Shown: piece after piece, positions 1 through 12,739 of the stretch | How the letters are laid out: each line of letters opens with the position of its first letter | How positions within the stretch are numbered: position 1 is the first letter of the stretch | From: Macrostomum lignano | Taxonomy: Eukaryota | Assembly (NCBI GenBank): GCA_002269645.1 | Contig: NIVC01000149.1 | Coordinates: forward strand, 124,001-188,000 | Length of the DNA stretch: 64,000 nucleotides | Reading direction: 5' to 3' | Made by a program: the position numbers and the translations under genes | Notes under the pieces: model-generated | Database searches by the model: none | Told to the model about the DNA's origin: nothing | What the model saw: the letters and a program-made list of their open reading frames with translations, nothing else

Positions 1-244
1 GCAAGTAGATTGCAGAATCTCAGCAAGTAGATTGCAGAACCTCAGAAGTAGATGGCAGAATCTCAGAAGTAGATGGCAGAATCTCAGGGAGTAGATGGCA
101 GAATCTCAGGAAGTTAGATGGCAGAATCTCAGGGAGTAGATGGCAGAATCTCAGGGAGTAGATGGCAGAATCTCAGGGAGTAGATGGCAGAATCTCAGGG
201 AGTAGATGGCAGAATCTCAGGGAGTAGATGGCAGAATCTCAGCA
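1..244. repeat. Intronic minisatellite, ~22-bp unit (GAGTAGATGGCAGAATCTCAGG)
   Basis: Tandem copies visible directly, downstream of the minus-strand donor at 329; continues off the window start. Confidence 0.95.
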
Positions 245-329
245 AGTAGACAGCAAAAAAGTACAGTTTAAAAAGAGCAGAATGCACACAATTCCTACAG
301 TTTATCCTTGCCCCATCAAAGCAGCTCAC

Positions 330-566
330 CTGCGGACTCGCCCGGCCCAGCTTGAGCAGCGTCTCGGCCACGTGAGCGAAGGATCGCTGCACAGCCCGGT
401 GCAGAGCTGTAAACCCAGCGCAATCCCGCAGGCCGGTCTCGGCGCCGGCCTCCAGCAGCAGCTTCACCACGTCGTTGCTGCCAGTCTTGGCCGCTTCAAT
501 CAGCGGCGTTGCGCCATTGTCGCTGGACTTCTCGTTCAGCATTAGCGGGTCGCAGGCGCCGCCAGA
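330..566 (-). CDS. shark: Coding exon 3 of SH2-ankyrin protein (Shark/HTK16-like); two ankyrin repeats
   Basis: Translates to SGGACDPLMLNEKSSDNGATPLIEAAKTGSNDVVKLLLEAGAETGLRDCAGFTALHRAVQRSFAHVAETLLKLGRASPQ, with ankyrin GxTPLxxA / GFTALHxA motifs. Acceptor CCGCAG| at 567 (alternative AAG| at 585); donor CAG|GTGAGC at 329; 237 bp, phase 0/0. The symbol rests on the SH2-then-ankyrin architecture; the kinase domain is not in this window. Confidence 0.8.
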
Positions 567-589
567 CTGCGGAGCGGAGGATTCCTTGG

Positions 590-1012
590 TTACCTCTACC
601 TGTGCATGAGCTCGTCCCTAATCACCTCTACCTTTGTATGAGCTGGTCCTTAATCACCACTACCTGTGCATGAGCTGGTCCTTAATCACCACTACCTGTG
701 CATGAGCTCGTCCCTAATCACCCCCACCTTTGTATGAGCTGGTCCTTAATCACCACTACCTGTGCATGAGCTGGTCCTTAATCACCACTACCTGTGCATG
801 AGCTCGTCCCTAATCACCCCCACCTTTGTATGAGCTGGTCCCTAATCACCCCCACCTTTGTATGAGCTGGTCCTTAATCACCACTACCTGTGCATGAGCT
901 GGTCCTTAATCACCACTACCTGTGCATGAGCTGGTCCTTAATCACCACTACCTGTGCATGAGCTGGTCCTTAATCACCACTACCTGTGCATGAGCTGGTC
1001 CTAAATCACCAC
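590..1012. repeat. Intronic minisatellite, 32-bp unit (CTACCTGTGCATGAGCTGGTCCTTAATCACCA)
   Basis: About 13 tandem copies seen between exons 2 and 3. Confidence 0.95.
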
Positions 1013-1059
1013 TATAGATATATCTACTACTGGTCCTTCATCTTTCCCTTGGAGCTCAC

Positions 1060-1272
1060 CTGCAGCTGCATGAGCACCCGGCGCACCTCCGCCATGTTGG
1101 CCCGCCTGGCTGCCAGGTGCAAAGCATTGGTTGAGCCGTATACGGTGATGGCGGGCGGAGGAGGCTGGGCTATGACAGGCCGACTCAGCTGGCACACAAT
1201 GGAATTGTCCGTTCGACGAAACTCCGACACCAACAAGTCGATCCCGAGGTATTTGGCAGAGGTGCCGTGAAC
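1060..1272 (-). CDS. shark: Coding exon 2 of SH2-ankyrin protein: SH2 C-terminal part and first ankyrin repeat
   Basis: VHGTSAKYLGIDLLVSEFRRTDNSIVCQLSRPV...STNALHLAARRANMAEVRRVLMQLQ. Acceptor CTCAG| at 1273 after a C10 tract; donor CAG|GTGAGC at 1059; 213 bp, phase 0/0. Confidence 0.8.
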
Positions 1273-1296
1273 CTGAGTTTGGGGGGGGGGAATTGA

Positions 1297-2025
1297 ACTT
1301 GAGGCCAAGGTCGGGGTTTGATGATGGGAGACTGGGGTCGGGGTTAGATAATGGGAGACTGAGGTCGGCGTTTGATAATGGGAGACTGATGTCAGGGTTT
1401 GATGATGGGAGACTGAGGTCGGCGTTTGATAATGGGAGACTGAGGTCGGGGTTTGATGATGGGAGGCTGAGGTCAGGGTTTGATAATGGGAGGCTGAGGT
1501 CAGGGTTTGATAATGGGAGACTGAGGTCGGGGTTTGATGATGGGAGGCTGTGGTCAGGGTTTGATAATGGGAGACTGGGGTTGGGGTTCGATAATGGGAG
1601 ATTGAGGTCGGGGTTTGATAATGGGGGACTGAGGTTGGAGTTTGATGATGGGAGGCTGAGGTCAGGGTTTGATGATGGGAGGCTGAGGTCAGGGTTTGAT
1701 AATGGGAGGCTGAGGTCAGGGTTTGATAATGGGAGACTGGGGTTGGGGTTAGATAATGGGATATTGAGGTCGGGGTTTGATAATGGGAGACTGAGGTTGG
1801 AGTTTGATTATGGGAGGCTGAGGTCAGTGTTTGATGATGGGAGATTGAGGTCGGGGTTTGATGATGGGAGGCTGAGGTCAGGGTTTGATAATGGGAGATT
1901 GAGGTCGGGGTTTGATGATGGGAGGCTGAGGTCAGGGTTTGATAATGGGAGATTGAGGTTGGGGTTTGATAATGGGAGACTGAGGTTGGTTTAATAATGG
2001 GAGACTGAGGTGGGGTTTGATAACG
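1297..2025. repeat. Intronic minisatellite, 27-bp unit (GGGTTTGATAATGGGAGACTGAGGTCG-like)
   Basis: Tandem 27-bp units; read as the 9-residue repeats SHYQTPTSI (minus) and FDNGRLRSG (plus). Confidence 0.95.
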
Positions 2026-2079
2026 GGAGAGAGCAGTGAACAGACGGTTAAACAGACGAGCATACGAGACACCAGTCAC

Positions 2080-2355
2080 CTGGTAGAAGCCATCCGGCAG
2101 CTCGTCAATCGGATAGTGATAGGACGCCGAGTCGCACAGCACGGATAGCACAAATTTATTAGTGGAATGGGAATACCGCACTAAAAATGTGCCTAAGCCG
2201 CCTTGAGCTTTAAGCCGGCGTTCCGTCTCTTCCCGACCAACTTCGCCGTGAAACCAGCGGGACAGATCGCCGCGTGACTGCTGCTGCTGCTGGTACTGCT
2301 GCTGGCCGCTGCCGCCGCCGCTGCCAGCACTGCCCCCAGAATGGTGCTGGTGCAT
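2080..2355 (-). CDS. shark: Coding exon 1 of SH2-ankyrin protein: Gly/Gln-rich N-terminus and most of an SH2 domain
   Basis: ATG at 2355 (the ORF-track start at 2364 is TTG), preceded in frame by TGA TAA. WFHGEVGREETERRLKAQGGLGTFLVRYSHSTNKFVLSVL...HYPI is a clear SH2 (WFHG, FLVR). Donor CAG|GTGACT at 2079. Confidence 0.85.
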
Positions 2356-3037
2356 GCCGCGCAATTATCAAGCCTGGCTTACTTTCGTGTCGCTTTTTCG
2401 TTTGTTTAAGTTCTAGCAATAATGAAACACGCAATAGAGTATTAATCTATTGAGACGGGCGAGACGCCCACTATGGACTTGTTATTTATGAAGATTGAAG
2501 CTGGCTTGATTTGTCTGTGTTGCAGCGAAGCAACCAATGCAGAAGTTGTCTGGGCAGCAATCTGCTTTAGCCAGATCTTGGCCAAATGAGAGCTTTGCAG
2601 GAGTCAGCAATTTATAGGTAGGCAATTAGTTTGGACTTATCATAATTGTGTTAAGGTGTTACTGTGCAAAAATTTAAATTTTAAATATTAATAATAAATT
2701 GGTTTGCTTTCTAATAAAGTTATGATGGGTCAATAAGCTTTCATTTATATGGAAATACCACAAAATAAAGGAGACCTCAAGGCCATTTTAAAAGGCCAAT
2801 CATATCCATGGCCAAGCAGAACATTGTGCCAGTGCAAGAGCTGATGGACTTGAATCCAAAAAATCACTGTCACTTTGAGTAGCTGGATGATTGGCATATT
2901 TAATGGAAATGTTTGCACTATATTGCATAAACGCTTTGCCCTTAACAAGTTCACTGCTACTGGTTGCATCACACTGACTCTAGATTAGATGCAGTAGGTT
3001 TGCTATAGTAAAAAATTACCAAAGAAGTACCAAGTGA

Positions 3038-3360
3038 CTTACTAATATATTGACAGGTGATAAGAAGTGGATCTATTACTTCCAAGTGCCTGACAAAAAC
3101 CAAAACAATGCTAGGATCTGGGCTGATAAAGACCATCCAACAGTTCTGTTGCCTTGGAATTCATTCATGAAAGCTGATATTTTTCTCCTTTGCCATCTAG
3201 AGACAGATGTCATGGTGCCAAATGGATAGAACATCGATGCCATATTTTATACCAGTGAGGTTCTACTAAAAGTTGTGGTCATAGTTATAGAGAAACAGAG
3301 AGCATGTTTCCTAAGTGGCAGAATCTACCTACAAAATTGCAATGCCTCCAGACATTGTAG
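3038..3360 (+). mobile_element. Degraded mariner-family transposase fragment (catalytic region)
   Basis: Translates LTNILTGDKKWIYYFQVPDKNQNNARIW (mariner TGDEKW motif), then VPNG*NIDAIFYTSEVL and GRIYLQNCNASRH (cf. LLHDNARPH); stops and frameshifts present. Confidence 0.75.
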
Positions 3361-5389
3361 AACTTAAGTAAATAGATCACAGTGAGCAACTTATTTAGTC
3401 TATCCTATTAGTCATTTAATTTTTCACAAAATGTTTTTCATTCTAAGATTTGATTTGGAACATATAATTTGGCAAGCCATAGTATGGTCTTGAGTATTTC
3501 ACAATAATTTTTTTGTATTTTAGAGTAAATTAATACATAGACTTAAAGATATAAAATAATATCTTAGTCCTAAATTCCTGCTCATTACGAGTATGCAGTT
3601 TCAGTCAATAGCCAATCTTATCAAACAAAGTTATTTAACAAGTTATCTAACTTATGCCATTATCATCATCTGATCAGTATCTTTTAAACTGGCATGTTAG
3701 ACAGCATGCGCTAGATCTTATAACAAGCACTGATTTGAACATTGCTAATGTATCCAATGTTGGCACTGATAGGCCCTTGCTATCAACCTATCTAGAAGTG
3801 AAATGATATCAAAGGAGGAGGAAGATCCTATTCACTTAGGGCCTTCTGATAATATGTTGGCCTCTAAGAAAGTACACTATGTCTGATTTGATGCTGTCTA
3901 AAGAGTTATTATTTTCATTCATGTTGCCATTTGACATCAGCACCTTTGACCATGGCACCTTCTAGTCTGCTTTGGTCTTGATGTTCCATTTTCTATAGCA
4001 ATTTTGAAGAAGCCATGCAGAAAGTCAAGTTTTACCTATTTTGTTATGCCTTTTGGTGACTTTTCCTACTATGGAATTATGAAAAATATCCTACAGTCTC
4101 TAATCTGGACTGCTTTATTTGAAGGAGACATATATATATTACAATTTATATCAATATTGATGGTGTACCATTGTTTTGCAGTTCTCATATGTGCCTTTGG
4201 CCAATTCTTTTAACTATTCACAATTTCAACATTTTATGGCCATTACTACCAAGCTTACCAATAGCCAAACTCTCATTCATTGCAGCTTGTTCTATCTTAA
4301 GCAGACTTTCTATAGTATGGTAAAGTCTTAGATCCTCAGCTACCTAGCAGTGCTACTGGAAAATTGTAGCAGATACTAATTTGATGTTAAATCTAGTGCA
4401 ACACCAAAGTTATAGCTAGCATTTTCTCCACATCATCATATAAGACATGCTAACCTAGCTAGGCTTCTACCCAACTCAACTAGTCTAATCATTTGGACAT
4501 GGAAAGGCATAGGATCTAGAGCTAACAAGCAGCATCAATGGTAGGGAGCCAAGTTTAGAGTTTCTAAGAATTTAAATTCTATATGCTACTAATAAACTTG
4601 CCTATTACAACCTAGCCATCCTACTGATCCTGCCCTACTGTGCAACCTCTAACACCCTGACTACCAAGGTGAAATACAGGGAAACATAACACTATAAGAC
4701 ACCAGTGCTGCCTACCTATTTCAAAGGGGAGCAGCCTTCAAATGCTAATTTGCCATAGTTGACTTAGAATTTGTGAAGTAGTGCTAATAATATTCTACTT
4801 GTTTCTTAGGAAGTTGAATTCATGCGCGACACCAAAATTAAGTTTCTTTTGTTATACTATATGAATAAACTGACAAAATACTTTTTTGTTTCAATGCATG
4901 AAAGAAATCTACTATATATAGGAGCGATTTTTGCAAAAAATAAAGCAACCCATTCATGAGACTAAAAGTCTCTAGTAGTTCAATACAAATACTCAGAGTT
5001 CGAAATGTTATTTATTTCAAATCCCAACTTGATAACAGTGTGTAAGAGTTATTAAGAGTGGGAATTGGAGAATTATTTAAAGGAATACTGAGAGTTATCA
5101 CCGTGACACTCTGATCTCAGTAATGCACAATTGGACATTATCTATACTATTACTAGACTGCCCAGGCCATCTAATACATAAGATGCTACCTAGAATGCTA
5201 TTATACATCAGATGCTACCAGACTATACATAAGATTGTATTAAATAACATTTGCAGATTGATTCTAAGAAATAGCTAATAGTGATAGTATAGCTTAGTGG
5301 CTCAATAGAGAGATTTTAATAGAGAAAACAGTCCTAGCACAACTTTGGTGACATAACAATGGGATTTATAGAGACAGAGAAAAATACCC

Positions 5390-5590
5390 TGTTGTGATAG
5401 GCCTGCAACTGCATTTACTCAGCAAAACATTAATGAGGCAAAATGGCTTATCTTGGAGGATCCTCAAATCACTTACCGCCAGCTCAAGACAAGCCTGGAG
5501 ATTGGATTGGAGGCACTTAATGAGATACTGCACCAACACCTTTGAGTGCAAAAGAGGTGTGTCTGGTGGATCCCCACTGCCTCACTGCCA
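5390..5590 (+). mobile_element. Degraded mariner-family transposase fragment (HTH to WVPH region)
   Basis: Frame from 5396: DRPATAFTQQNINEAKWLILEDPQITYRQLKTSLEIGLEALNEILHQHL*VQKRCVWWIP, matching the mariner GRP...EDRRITxR...LHxHL...CARWVPH pattern. Confidence 0.8.
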
Positions 5591-7011
5591 ACTAGAAGAC
5601 TTGGTGCTGATGTTTCAAATTTTTTGTTTATAGATTTAATAATTTCAGTGTACTCACAATAAAGTTATCAAACCATGCCCATGAAATGTTGTGTACCATC
5701 TTGTAGAAGTAATTATTGCAATGAAGATAAGGTAGCTATATTTAGCTTTCCTAAGGATGAGGCTAAGCATCGCCAATGGATTAATGCATTGCCATTATCT
5801 ATTAAGGTGAATAAAATGACCTTTTAATGAGTAGCTTTTTTCTTTAAAAGTAAATAATAGTGATTAATATTTTTTGAATAATTAAGAATTACATAAAAAT
5901 ATTCAACTTTTAAAGTAATATCTAAATTTCCAAATGGCTCTAAGTTCATGGGCATTTTTTAAAAGCATTGGGAAGATGATGCCCCCATGGTAAAAGTCAA
6001 GCAGTTTACAAGACCTAGGGACTACCTTCTATTTTTCAATTGGCTAAGAAAAGTGATGTGTGCCAAATATATCCAAGTAAATTATTACAATAAAATAATA
6101 TACTCAATCATACAGCATGTTAATTTAGCTATAGCTTAAGTTGGATTGCCTTTTATAATTGGTTGTTATTTGTACTTTAAGTTTTTCTAGAGAAATCAAG
6201 GTAGGCTACTAAAAGAGGCATTTCTTTGTCATAGCATGGTCAGCAACCAGATGAATTGCCTGCATTTAATAAAACAGATTGAATATATTTGTGGAATGCC
6301 TTCCAAGTTGCTGCTTTAGCTTTTCCCTTTTTAGTTGGCTGGCTAATACAAGTATTGGATTCAAATGTTTTGTTCTTGATGATATTTGAATGTGCTATTG
6401 AGTTCTATATCTGTATTAATTGTGACTTTACTGTTAGGTCTATTGACAAAAAAGTGTTGTCAGGGTAACTGACCTCCTAGGATTTCAATAGAAACTAGAA
6501 TACTTTAGTCAACTTGAAGCTATTGTAAATAGGGTCAAGCAAGCCCCATTGATAGTTAGTGATGAGATCAAGTCTAGTGTGATAACTTTTCAAAAGGTTC
6601 CATGTAGCTCTAAGCAACTATTTCTTTTTCATCAACTGGAATTGTCCTTAATATCAAATGGGCACTATTATAATTCAATAGACATTTTAACTGCTATGAA
6701 GATTTACCTATCTGGCATTAATGCCTATTGGTCAACAAGGAGCCTACCCTATGCTACAACTCTAAAGCTCTAAATGTGGTCTTAGTAACATTGGAATAGA
6801 CTTAGATTGTCAAACCATTGTGAGCACACATTTTGGCCATCATAGAAGTTGTGTATTATTATTTTTGACAAACAGACAAAGTATACTCAGTATATTCTAC
6901 TATTAGCTCATTTCTAAGGTGGACATAAAGTTGGCTATGCTGGGAATATAACAACATAATTGGCTTGTACTATCCTTGCCTTAATGATAAAGCCATTCAT
7001 AGGAGCCCAAT

Positions 7012-7200
7012 CAGGGGCATAGCGAGGAATTTCCTATGGGGAGATACACCAAGGTGAATTTTCTATGGGGGGATACACCAAGGTAAAAGTGCTATGGCAG
7101 AGTCACATGGTAGCATGTATAGCAACAAAGGGTAACAAAAAAGTTTTGGTCAAGCTCTTTGGGGGGATATACCCCCCTATCCCCCCTCCTTACACCCCTG
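7012..7200. mobile_element. 189-bp MITE with 8-bp target-site duplication (hAT-type)
   Basis: TSD AGCCCAAT at 7004-7011 and 7201-7208; imperfect TIRs CAGGGGCATAG / TTACACCCCTG. Confidence 0.85.
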
Positions 7201-8259
7201 AGCCCAATCATTTGTGGCTAGGCTAATTTCTATTTATAGTTTAAAACCAAACTTCTTATTCCAACAAATTGTGAAACTAATTAGGGTTATTAATCAATGC
7301 AATGGGTAGGTTGTAAGTCTTATTTGTGACAATCATTTAATTTATCATATTTGTGACCAAGTTTCAGTTTGACAACATGGATATACCTTGAAAGGTAATT
7401 AACCTAGTAGATCAAAGCCTACCTTTGTTTCTATTATATAACACAGTTCATCTTTTGAAAAACATATGCAATAATTGGTATACTTGTGGTGTCTCAGCAG
7501 ACTAACACAGGAAACACGAATACGTGGCAGGTAAGACTTTTTGCCAGAAAAAAAGTGCAAGCTCCACTTAGGGCAACCCGTGCTTATACTTGATATTTAA
7601 CAGTAAATTGTTACACATCAATAAATTCAACCGCCAAAATGTCAGGTGATTAAAAATACGTTTCACAATACAATATATGAATAATTTATTAACTGCACTA
7701 CTTAAAGTAGAGTAGTAGGAAAAAATAAGAAAAGGTTAGTTAGACGAATGGCCCTTTTATGGGCTCCTAGTCACAACACAACAATACTCAAGATACAAAG
7801 ATTATAGACTTTCAACTTTCAACAGAAAGGCCTATTTATAAGCTAATTGGAACGATACTAATGATACTGAGTAGAAATCATAGCTTTATATTTTTCAACC
7901 TACAACACAATCCACAATCATGCTATCCATCTCCACTGGAACATCAGAAGGTATCTTTTGTTCTTTAAGTTTTTAATGAAAAGACAATTACTGCTCTTTA
8001 ACTTCATGGGTTTCATGGTACAGCCACTTACCCACTTTTATATAGATTTTATCCTTAAGTTTTAGAAAGTAGTTAATGTAAAATCAACAATATCTCATAT
8101 ACAGCTGCATGATGATACCCGTAGTCGAATTTTCTTAGAAAAGTCAAGCAATCTTGAGTTACTAAATATTTTTGCTGAAGTATTAGAATGGATGCCTGGA
8201 GGTTGAGGACCTGGACATTTACAATTGCTTACTTCAGAAACTTGCAAGGCTGCTATATA

Positions 8260-8800
8260 CAGGGTACAGATGGTAAATTGGCAGTAGTTTTAACCATAGG
8301 CCACTTTGCTCCTATATAACCTACACACACCAAACTTTACACAGGTATACTTTATGAAACTAAAATTTATAGCTATTGAGTCAGATCTTATTACACTAGC
8401 AATGTCAAAGGAATATGACATGAGAGCTACTATCATATCAGGACTGCGCACCGGAAGGTCAGCTAGAAGGATTGCACAATTCCACAACATCCCTGAGTGC
8501 ACTGTGTATCAAATTGCAAAGCAGCTTCGAGAAGCAGAGGATGTTGAAGAAGCTCTAGCACCTCAGCACAAGGTGCATGCTCCCTGTTTGGACAAGACAA
8601 GGACACCAGCATTCATTGAAAGGCTATAAGGACTGATTGATCAAGATCCTTTGCAGTCCATGCAGCAGCTGGCCTGAATGCTGAAAGTGGATAAAAAGAC
8701 AGTTTAAAAGGCAGTGCTAGAAGACCTGCGCTACCATTCTTACTCGCTGAAGGTTAGCCAGCTCCTCACTTTGCAGCAGAAAGACAGGCAGTTTGAAGCT
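8260..8800 (+). mobile_element. Tc1/mariner-superfamily (maT/Tc1-like) 5' end with degraded transposase N-terminus
   Basis: TA|CAGGGT terminus at 8258-8265. ATG 8402 reads MSKEYDMRATIISGLRTGRSARRIAQFHNIPECTVYQIAKQLR (paired-type HTH), then GLIDQDPLQSMQQLA*MLKVDKKTV*KAVLEDLRYHSYSLKVSQLL through in-frame stops. Confidence 0.75.
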
Positions 8801-11800
8801 GTCTACTCTTGAGGCGTTGTACATTAAACAGCTAAAGCCTACCATGAACATCCATCTTGGTGGTAGAGGGGCAAGTGTCCATCTAAGGGTGTTCTGACCC
8901 CATGCGCTTGCCTCTTATTTAGGGCCATCTAACTTGGTTACCCATACTTACAATCTTTTTGGCCTACTAGACTTTAAAACATTTACCATCTCTCTGAAAC
9001 TATAGTATTGCCTTGCCTGAAGATGCCGATTGTTTGGCAAAACATGTTGCGCGAAGATTGATTAATACATTGTAATTTTGTAATTTTGCATTATTAAAGA
9101 TAAAATGCGAATTTTCACCTTTGCTTTTATTTTCCTGGCTTACTATTAGTTTTTAACTTTGTTTTCTTATTTCATAAGCATTTTTGTATGCAATTAGAGG
9201 TTCTTTATTGAAAGTGAACTTATATACAAATAAAGTTGTAATATAGCACAAGTTTTTATTTGACTCCTATTGTTCATTTGAATAGCAAAAAAGATTATGA
9301 ATGTTGGAGTTCTTGTTGGACTAGTGTGCCAAGATTTTAGAAATACTGTGCCTTACTGATTTTGATAATAACTGGTTTTTTGTTAGTGAAGTTAATATTG
9401 CCTTCTTTGTATCCTGATAAATCTGTATAGATTATATGCTTTATAACGCTTCCAAACTGCAGGATATGTTGCATGGTCTGCTATTTTATAGAGATTAGGA
9501 AGATATAGTTGAAATAACAGAAACTTTATTCATTTTTTAATGCAATGAAATATTGCATATTGCTGTTACTTTACTATATGCTTGCCACTCTTACATGTAG
9601 ATGTAGCACTAAGCTTTGCATCATATTAAAGAGAACAAAATTTTGAGCAACTTGGCAAAAAAGTAATCATTGTAAATGCAACCAGTCTACAGTTATAAGC
9701 ATTTAAAGTTTAGCTGCAATGCAAAAAAGTGGGCCTTCAAATAATTTTGCAATATTTGCCAATGTTGTATCTTGATACATTGGTAACTTCTAGTGGTCCT
9801 TGCAAATATCATAGAAAATGCCTACAACTATGCTGGCAGAATATTTCTTCTATAGCTAGCAAATAATAATAAATTGTCTTTTTTTATCTTCATAGTTTTG
9901 TGTTATCAATAATTATAAACACAATTTTAACTATTTTGGTCATAGACTACTAGTAGCTTTTTGTTATTAGATATTATAACAAACATATTAAGTTTTAAAA
10001 CAAAAAAGTGCTTATTTAGGCTTAAAGGTCCCTTATAAAGTTATTATTAAAATTATTGAAAAAAAGTTTATAGATTAATCTTTTAGAAACAAAAAATTTA
10101 ACAAAAAACTGACAATTGCTAGTATAGTAAGATTACTATATACTAGCTAAACTAAATGATTACTATGTACTAGCAAAATAAGCACTACTATAGTATAATA
10201 TATTAAAAAATGGTAAGGTCTAGTGCATCTAGAGAGCCTAATTTTTTAAGCATGTGCAACAAGTTAAAAAAGTGGTCTTTTTTAAATAGCTATAACTTTT
10301 TAAATGTACATACATGTAAATAAATTATAAAGGTAGGAAAAATGTACATTGAGAGGCTATATATTTCATAAATCAGTCACACATGGTTTTTAAAAAAATA
10401 GAATAGCTAGACTCATGATATGCTTTAAACTATATGCACATCTCACTAATCTATTATATAGATCAATAGTTGCTATATCTGATATAATTTAAGGCATGCT
10501 TAAACAAAAATATAAAGAAGAGATATGGAAAATAGATATAGTAGTAAGAAAAGATACACCTATTACTGTATTAATATATGTCATAGGTCTTGTACTAATG
10601 ATACAATGTTTGTTGAGGTAAAATTCATCAATTGTATATTATAGTAATAGGTTGTTTATCTTTAAAAGGCTTCTATTATTGGTACATATATATATTTCCA
10701 TAATTTTACTTCAAGTTAATAGATTCTATAGTTGATTCTACAATTAACCTTTTTATTACAAATTCTGAATTTTACTATATTATTCTATTCTAATTCCATT
10801 GCAGATTCTAAATTTTATTAGGTTAGGTACTAGGTAAAAATCCTATTTTTAAGACAAAAACCTAATAACTTTAGACTAGTTAATAGGTATTTATACCTTG
10901 CCACATTTTACTTATAAGCTATAGTTTGGAAGGCAACATGTCTACTAGGATTTCCTAGCATAAAACTAGGGTACTTGCTATTTTTCTGTGAGCATAACTA
11001 TATTGGCATACATCTCAATGTACATGACATAGGGGCCTAGTAGAAACATTGTGTCAATGATATATATTTTTAATCCTAGCATACAAACACAATTTGGTTA
11101 CTTTTTTCAATATAAGACCCAGCATATACTAATACATGATCCAAACAAGGCCACATGAATGGTTCTGGCTGAAGTCGTCATATTAGAGATTGTCATCTGC
11201 GGCTTATAAGGAAAACAACTAAATTATCTACATTGTCATCATTGCAATATTGGACAATGCTGCATTCACTAAATCGTCATATTGTGTTGCATTGGCTGCA
11301 CAAGGATCTTAGCTCATAGTGGCAGTGTGTTCTTGTTTGCTAACAAATTAAAATGATTTACAGTAGTCATGTGTAGCAGTGGGGTGCCACTTAATTGATA
11401 TTTAAACTAATAAACATTACTTTAATAACTTATTTAAAAGGAAAACTGCTACAAACTTTAATTTTTGTCTGCTCATTGTTCAATTTTTGTCACATTTCCA
11501 TTGACTGGAAGTTCCAGAAATTGTTCTGTTCTTCCTTTGGTTGGAAAAGTAGTTTCCTCCATTGGAATCTTGGTCAAAACTTTTGTTTTAATTTTGTCGA
11601 TTACATGTTATGTTTGTGAGCTATTCCATTGGTAGTTTCCACGCATGGGATTTTTGGTCCAGTAGTGTGTCCAGTGGGGCACCCCCACCCATTGATTGTA
11701 ACCTCTTTTTTTAATATTTATATTGCCTTGATGTGCCACCTAATTTTGAACCCCCTTTTCCTTTTTTTCTTGTCTTTTTCCTTTTGCGTTTGACAATTTA

Positions 11801-12174
11801 GTTCAATTTTTTTATTAGTTTTGCACACCAGCACCCGCAAACTTCATCCTTGTTTGAAAACTAAATCTAGTAATTAGTTTGGACTAGATTAGTACTCAAT
11901 TTGTTTCAATTACCAAGTTATTAAATTTTCTTTCTCCATCCTTCCTTATTTGCAGCAATCAGGGGTAAATTAGCATTAATTGACATCATACATGCGCAAC
12001 TGCTGGCCGACCTGGCCGATCCGGCCACCGTAAAACGTGGCTGACCAGGGGTAAGTCGCAAAATTGAGTCAACCAAAAACAGAAAAACACAAGAACCAAG
12101 AAAGGCAAGAGGAAAGCGAAAGAAAGAGCAGTTCAGGGAAAATCGTGAAGCAAAAGAAAAACAATTCGCAAAAG

Positions 12175-12510
12175 AAGCAAACTAAGTTGTAAAAATAATC
12201 AGGTACTGGTAAGTCGCAACAGGAATCAGGTAAGTCGCAAAAGAAGCAAACTATGTCGCAAAAAGGATCAGGTAAGTCGCAAAAGGGTTAGGTAAGTCGC
12301 AAAAAGGATTAGGTAAGTCCCAAAAAGGATTAGGTAAGTCGCAAAAAGAATCAGGTAAGTCGCAAAAAGAATCAGGTAAGTCGCAAAAGGATCAGCTAAG
12401 TCGCAAAAGGATTAGGTAACTCGCAAAAAGGATTAGGTAAGTTGCAAAAAGGATTTGGTAAGTCGCAAAAAGAAGCAACTAAGTCGCAATAAGAGGGAAG
12501 TAAGTCACAA
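12175..12510. repeat. Degenerate ~20-bp tandem repeat (AGGTAAGTCGCAAAAAGGATT)
   Basis: Direct inspection. Confidence 0.85.
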
Positions 12511-12739
12511 TCAGGCAATCAGGGGGTAGTAGGTGCAAGTGTGGCAGGAGAGCAAAAACAGAATAGAAGCCTTCAACAACAGACAAGATCTTTGAAATCA
12601 GAAGCCCGCGTCAACAGTTTCCCATTGATTTCTTAAACTCTGGAGCAGGGGTTGGCAAACTCCGGCTCGCGAAGCCCCTCTATCTGGCCCTCGCCCCTCG
12701 GGTTCTTTGAAACTTCCTAACTACGAGTAGCAAGGTTGG

